From a bacterium (GTDB lineage: Bacteria; UBA8248; JACPRG01; G963555815), in assembly GCA_963555815.3 (NCBI GenBank), contig CAUVWX020000001.1, positions 1,312,001 through 1,376,000 of the forward strand: a stretch of DNA of 64,000 nt, in the 5' to 3' direction. Below are positions 60,201 through 64,000 of this stretch, piece by piece (position 1 is the first letter of the stretch; the number at the start of each line of letters is the position of its first letter). The translations under genes and the position numbers were made by a program. The notes below the pieces were generated by a model. That model made no database searches, was not told where the DNA came from, and was given only the letters and a program-made list of their open reading frames with translations.

Positions 60201-60461
60201 ATCGATGGGAAGCTCTACGTGGCGGGGGGCGCTGATAAAAACAACAACAGACTGAACACGGTGGAGGTGTACGATCCAACCAGCGATACCTGGACCACCC
60301 ATCCCTCCATGCCCACGGCCCGCTCAGCGGTGACTGCCGCGGTCATCAATGACCAGCTCTATGTCGTGGGGGGCCATGATGGCACGAGACCCGTGGGCGG
60401 GATGGAAATTCTCGGTCGCCCCGGCGTCGTCCTCCCGCGGGTGCCGGGCCGGCTCCGTTAG
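57264..60461 (+). CDS. exported multidomain protein: PEGA + 4 PASTA + DUF5648-like HFYTTD repeats + Kelch beta-propeller
   Basis: Signal peptide; SRPGGADLFING..KDGY (PEGA); VPNVVG/VPDVVG/VPNVQN (PASTA); 3x GDHFYTTDP.GE; Kelch LYVAGG..YDP..W repeats. Confidence 0.85.
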   Translation: MKSRVFSILVLSLLFVFAEVSLGQAYQGLEGTEAEEEEGTLAPLAPLGEEEEGFKFQEREGLEEESGEVRRPEYIPEAPTGDIYPVTVEALKGGAGEALVNQQVLLKVYFGKRGSLEAKRYGLKGKYHHFTVRNRNLDVLGRVWIPEGKEEILGKLRRGTQITILARVHDVTTLLREPVLDVSDIRRGWNWRAEDFLLGGEEVVAAPSPTPPTEGAPSEEALPPGVLAIGSRPGGADLFINGEDKGKTWEGGLRDFELPPGAYIIALHKDGYHSFRFRYELEPEQRREIRPELELLREEAPPVARTITVPNVVGLSLEVAQNVLGEAGFRGAEAGTALTTDPGQVNNVVSQSPVGETQAPSGSDVSLVIGHSEGPPSQTPPSRKVMVPDVVGKSLEDAQAALGEAGLDAKVVGHQDTSDPALQDQVVHQAPPGGTELPRGNHVNLRLYRIAAAPPFQTPPSRKVMVPDVVGKSLEDAQVALGQAGLDAKVVGHQDTPDPALQDQVMHQAPPGGTELPEGNHVNLRLYRFATAQLVDVHRWFHPRSGDHFYTTDPSGELASRSGYTSEGIGFKLWRSEVGDSTQLYRWFNPGTGDHFYTTDPTGELAPQSGYQAEGVLAWILKSEAPGTVPLRRWFHPGSGDHFYTTDPSGELAPRSGYTNEGVTGYVMPGGGAAPRPEPTLLPVPNVQNDPLEVAKGKLREAGLEAKVVGNQGTRDAALKDRVAVQAPGAGARVSRGSVVDLTLYSLITPPPRESPPGLSWTPGASMPTPRFSPHAATIDGLLYVVGGHDGRADTPVLEAYNPSTATWKSLASLPRAGSGNLGRYGGVIGVINDKIYLVGGWRISPPLPTGTLHIYDPKANSWTRGASIPVPSSRLSACSAGGVIGGKLYVLTACNGHSGFFKFFHVYDPGQNRWTQLRDAPNIHADAAAGVIGGKLYVAGGGIWGNPSATLDVYDPGTNNWTTKTSMPTARNGMAGGVIDGKLYVAGGADKNNNRLNTVEVYDPTSDTWTTHPSMPTARSAVTAAVINDQLYVVGGHDGTRPVGGMEILGRPGVVLPRVPGRLR
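58386..58859 (+). repeat. tandem duplication of a PASTA module, 2 x 237 bp
   Basis: CAAACTCCGCCCTCGCGCAAGGTCATGGTCCCCGACGTGGTGGGG at 58395 and 58632; near-identical DNA. Confidence 0.9.
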
Positions 60462-60543
60462 TCTCACAGTCCCTGGGTGTGCAGTGGGAGGGGCTAAGGA
60501 ACAGTCTTTTCTGAAGGTGGGATAGCGGATTTAGAAACGTCTT

Positions 60544-61560
60544 TTACGGTTTGATAATTACCTTAATAGATTCCTTGGCGTCGGCGACGAGCTGAAATCC
60601 CGTCTGTATCTCTTCCAGGCTCAATCGATGCGTGATCATGTCCCTCACGTTCACCCGCCGGGAACGAATGAGTTCTATCGATTCCTCAAGATCGACCGGC
60701 GCAGCGCCGTAAGTTGACACCAAAGTGATTTGATCATTCCAGAGGTGGTTTAAATGGACAGGCGTTTCAACCCCTGGGCTTGGGGGTGCGAAAAGTTGGA
60801 CCACGCCTCCCCTGTCAGCGCAATTTAACGCCTGATCAACAGCCGACACAGCGCCAGTGCAAACGATGATCCGGTCCGCCAGCCTGTCGCCGTTTACCTG
60901 ACGCAGATATCCCGGCACATTTTCGGCCGCGTGCACCACGTCTGCCCCGAATTTTTTGGCGGCGTTCAGCCGGCTCTCGTTAATATCCGTTGCAATCACC
61001 TTTTTGGCCCCCGCCGCGATGGCCAATTGAATGTGCAACAGGCCGGAAATCCCGCTTCCGATGATCAACACGCTGTGACCGGGCTCCAGTCTTGCCAGCC
61101 TTTGCCCGCGCACCACACAGCCCAGTGGCTCAATGAACACGCCGTCTTCATAAGACAATTCGTCCGGTAAAACATACACACCTCTGTCGACGTTTATTTC
61201 CGGTATGCGTATATGCTCTGAAAAGCCACCGGGGTCGAAATTTGTCCGGTGCAAAGTGTCACAGGCCGTGTGGTGGCCATCCGAGCAATATTTGCACGTG
61301 AGGCATGGGACATGATGTGAGACAAAGACTCTGTCGCCGATTTTGTATCCTTTTACTTTCTCCCCAACCTCGACGATTTCCCCCGTGATTTCGTGGCCCA
61401 GCACCCTGGGGGCCGTTTTCACCCGGTACCACTCCATCACGTCACTGCCGCAGATCCCGCTGGCAGCCACCTTGACCAACAACTCGCCGGGTTCGATTTT
61501 AGGCATGGGAATCTCTTCGACGCGGACGTCGCTATTGCTGTAATACATGCCTACGCGCAT
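60544..61560 (-). CDS. zinc-dependent medium-chain (polyol/threonine-type) dehydrogenase
   Basis: GICGSD, GHE, CLTCKYC..C, IGSGISG. Confidence 0.9.
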   Translation of the reverse strand: MRVGMYYSNSDVRVEEIPMPKIEPGELLVKVAASGICGSDVMEWYRVKTAPRVLGHEITGEIVEVGEKVKGYKIGDRVFVSHHVPCLTCKYCSDGHHTACDTLHRTNFDPGGFSEHIRIPEINVDRGVYVLPDELSYEDGVFIEPLGCVVRGQRLARLEPGHSVLIIGSGISGLLHIQLAIAAGAKKVIATDINESRLNAAKKFGADVVHAAENVPGYLRQVNGDRLADRIIVCTGAVSAVDQALNCADRGGVVQLFAPPSPGVETPVHLNHLWNDQITLVSTYGAAPVDLEESIELIRSRRVNVRDMITHRLSLEEIQTGFQLVADAKESIKVIIKP

Positions 61561-61605
61561 CGTGATGGCCCGGAATTTCTTAATGCAACTTGGCCGTTGG
61601 GGGTC

Positions 61606-62514
61606 TCAGACTGCAATGGGTTCGCTACTTTTGAGCTCCAGGAAGAGCTCATATGCTTCCTTGGCCTTAAAATTCTCGTGGACGACTGATCTGACGGCCC
61701 TGATCATGGCGACAGGATGATCACTCTGAAAAATGTTCCTCCCCATGTCAACTCCAGCGGCCCCGGATTGAATCGCTTGGCAGGAAAATTCCAGAGCGGC
61801 CTTCTCAGCCACCTTTTTTCCGCCCGCAATAACAATGGGGACGAAACATCCATTGACCACCTTCTCAAAGTCCTTACAGTAATAAGTTTTCACAATGTCA
61901 GCGCCATGCTCAGCAGCAATTCTGGAGGCCAGACCGAGATAACGGGCGTCCCTTTCCATTTCTTTGCCCACAGCGGTTATTCCCAGAACAACAAGTCCCT
62001 CTCTTTTCGCGTCGTCCGACATCTTGGATAGGTTCAAGATGGTCTGTCTTTGATACCTGGAGCCGACGTAAATCGAGACCGATACCCCATCCACCTTCAA
62101 CCGCTTCGCTTCTTCAATCGAGACCGTAATTCCTTCATTCGATAATTCCCTGTTTATTATTTCCCCTGCCACTCTATCTCGAAGTGCTTTCAACTCTTTG
62201 GTGGTTTTGACCCCCTGGCTTCTGATCTTAAATTCTCTTTCTAACTCAACAGGATCGTTGTAGACTACGCTGTTGCCACCGGAGGCCCTGAGAATGATAG
62301 CCGTCTCTGCTTCCGGATGTACGCAGTGGATCAGAACACCTTTCGTGGGGCTCAGCGCATCACAGTGAGAGAGGAGAGGTTTGATGGTTTGACCTGGATC
62401 CTCCAATCCACTCGTGGGTCCCTGAAAGTAACCGTGGTCAACCGCCAGCATGACAGTCCTGCCGGTCTCTGGCTTTATTATCTTTGCCAGATGGCCCTCT
62501 ATTTCAGAATGCAT
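61606..62514 (-). CDS. lsrF: LsrF-like thiolase/DhnA-family aldolase
   Basis: MLAVDHGYFQGPTSGLE, RASGGNS, ELSNE, RIAAEHGADIVKTYY, IAGGKK, GVDMGRNIFQS. Confidence 0.82.
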   Translation of the reverse strand: MHSEIEGHLAKIIKPETGRTVMLAVDHGYFQGPTSGLEDPGQTIKPLLSHCDALSPTKGVLIHCVHPEAETAIILRASGGNSVVYNDPVELEREFKIRSQGVKTTKELKALRDRVAGEIINRELSNEGITVSIEEAKRLKVDGVSVSIYVGSRYQRQTILNLSKMSDDAKREGLVVLGITAVGKEMERDARYLGLASRIAAEHGADIVKTYYCKDFEKVVNGCFVPIVIAGGKKVAEKAALEFSCQAIQSGAAGVDMGRNIFQSDHPVAMIRAVRSVVHENFKAKEAYELFLELKSSEPIAV

Positions 62515-62790
62515 GTGGGTTCCTCCGAACTGGAAGAGGAGACTTTTCTTTCTGTAGTCTCGAATTTAAGTGTACTTGACGCCCTTGACCAGCGCAATCT
62601 CCACTGATTCGGCTTTCCCTCGGCTTAAATCCGGGGGACGATGAGAACGGAAGTTTATGCCCCCAGGATATTGACAGTCGCCAAGGGTCTATGGTAGGTG
62701 ATTTTGGTCTATTCAGGGACATCTGAGATGTGCTGGCTTTTTTGGCGGGACGGCGATTTGCGCCTTGCAGGGTAGTGATTTGCGCCTTGA

Positions 62791-63186
62791 ATGGGGAGGC
62801 AGACGATGCGGGGTTCAGAACCAAGGGCTGAAAGAGGGGTTCCAAAAAGGGTAGAAGAGGTTTCTCCCGCTGACTCAGCCCTTCGGGGTGAGGCCCTCGA
62901 GGGCTGGAAGGCCGTCGTGGAGGCCGCGTGGTCCCTTTCAAATCTCCGTTCCGGCTTGGTGGATGTGACGCCCCGCCTGAAGGGTATCCCTGAGGCGCTA
63001 AACCTCCTCAAGGAGTTCGTCTCGTCTATCCAGCGAACCTCGACCCTAGACACGGTGGAAGGGGAGATCCAGGGGGCGGCGGCCGACCTCAAAACTTTCT
63101 CGGAGGATCTTCTGGGGGTCCGGGGGATCTTGGAGGAGGCCCTCCAGGCCGTCTGGAGGAGGCGAAGCACCCTCAAGCCCTCCTGA
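62791..63186 (+). CDS. hypothetical helical protein
   Basis: 131-aa ORF with host-like codon usage. Confidence 0.55.
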   Translation: MGRQTMRGSEPRAERGVPKRVEEVSPADSALRGEALEGWKAVVEAAWSLSNLRSGLVDVTPRLKGIPEALNLLKEFVSSIQRTSTLDTVEGEIQGAAADLKTFSEDLLGVRGILEEALQAVWRRRSTLKPS

Positions 63187-63212
63187 ATTCAGCGGCCCCC
63201 CCAGAGGGCTCT

Positions 63213-63551
63213 GTGCGATGTCTTCTGCCACGAGGGTTTTCTCCACCAATCACCATTTGGGCCATCGAAGGACTCGCCGTGTACAACGACTTCTGCTCCC
63301 AAGGTTTTATGCTGAAAAGGTCCCTCACCCTCGACACGATCCAGGTCTGTCTGGCCGGCCTTGGAAAGATGGTCAGTCTTGGCCCAAGAGGGTTTCGCTT
63401 CATCCCGAAGGATCGAAGGTGGCCGCCCACCTACTTCAACCCCGATGGGTCTTTTGAAGTCATCATGAAGGACCTGGATTATGACGATGTCTTGAACTAC
63501 GTGGACGAATTGAGCTTGCGCCTGGGTGTGGAGGTCCTCCGGGGCGCCTGA
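63213..63551 (+). CDS. hypothetical protein
   Basis: ORF directly upstream of the paaK-like gene; true start may be ATG 63218 with another +1 shift. Confidence 0.55.
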   Translation: MRCLLPRGFSPPITIWAIEGLAVYNDFCSQGFMLKRSLTLDTIQVCLAGLGKMVSLGPRGFRFIPKDRRWPPTYFNPDGSFEVIMKDLDYDDVLNYVDELSLRLGVEVLRGA

Positions 63552-63566
63552 CCAGGAAGGGGGAAG

Positions 63567-64000
63567 ATGGATCGGAACTGCTTCCAGCCGGAGGTAGAGA
63601 CCCTACCGGTCGAGAAGCTGAAGGCCCTTCAGCTGGAACGGCTTAAATCCATCGTGGATCGTGTCTATCATCAAATCCCCTTCTACAAGAAGCTCTACGA
63701 CGAAGCAGGGGTTAAACCCTCGGACATCCGCCATCTGGAGGATGTCCGACGATTGCCCTTCCTGGAGAAGGCCTCGGTACGCGGGGCCTACCCCACGGGG
63801 AATGTCCTCGCCCCGCGTGAGGAACTCCTGGAGATGCACAGCACCTCTGGCACCACGGGGAAGCCGGTCCTCGTCTTCGCCACCCGAAAGGACCTGGACC
63901 TCTGGGGGGATCTCAACGCCAGGGAGCTTTGGATGGTGGGGCTTCGACCGGGAGATAGTCTCCTCAACGCCTATGGTTATGGCCTTCCGACAGGGGGGTT
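63567..64000 (+). CDS. paaK: phenylacetate-CoA ligase family protein (partial, runs off the window)
   Basis: LKALQLERL..PFYK..LPFLEK..HSTSGTTGKP..NAYGYGL. Confidence 0.85.
   Translation, partial: MDRNCFQPEVETLPVEKLKALQLERLKSIVDRVYHQIPFYKKLYDEAGVKPSDIRHLEDVRRLPFLEKASVRGAYPTGNVLAPREELLEMHSTSGTTGKPVLVFATRKDLDLWGDLNARELWMVGLRPGDSLLNAYGYGLPTGG

Noticed and set aside
1..64000. CRISPR array or rRNA genes
   Set aside because: No regularly spaced repeat-spacer series or rRNA-like sequence was seen; the repeats found are in-frame or two-copy tandems.

Overview
GC-rich bacterial chromosome segment from a diderm organism. The rplM-rpsI-argC-argJ-rpsB-tsf-pyrH-frr-uppS-cdsA-dxr-pgpA-pncC-thpR-recA-recX order together with F420 genes is suggestive of Tectomicrobia/Nitrospinota/Methylomirabilota-like lineages (inference only). 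Contents in order: (1) a coenzyme F420 biosynthesis cluster (cofG, FDOR, cofH, stand-alone FbiE-like nitroreductase, cofD, cofC, cofE) with a translationally coupled methyltransferase, plus a separate npdG operon; (2) an OmpA/MotB-like protein and a MarR + ASPIC/UnbV module; (3) a housekeeping block; (4) amt and a porin disrupted by a 13-bp duplication next to tRNA-Val; (5) FNR-like and YgfZ/GcvT genes, tRNA-Lys and tRNA-Glu; (6) an accessory region after tRNA-Glu with a beta-barrel/CsgG-like pair and a 2,974-bp IS1595-family element (22-bp terminal inverted repeats) carrying a DNA methyltransferase-endonuclease fusion as cargo; (7) a 12-kb pentose-phosphate/sugar-phosphate operon; (8) a PEGA-PASTA-DUF5648-Kelch exported protein, LsrF-like and Zn-dehydrogenase genes, and a partial paaK-like gene. 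Many genes carry single +1 insertions in short homopolymers, most likely sequencing errors. All calls come from motif recognition by eye, with no database searches.
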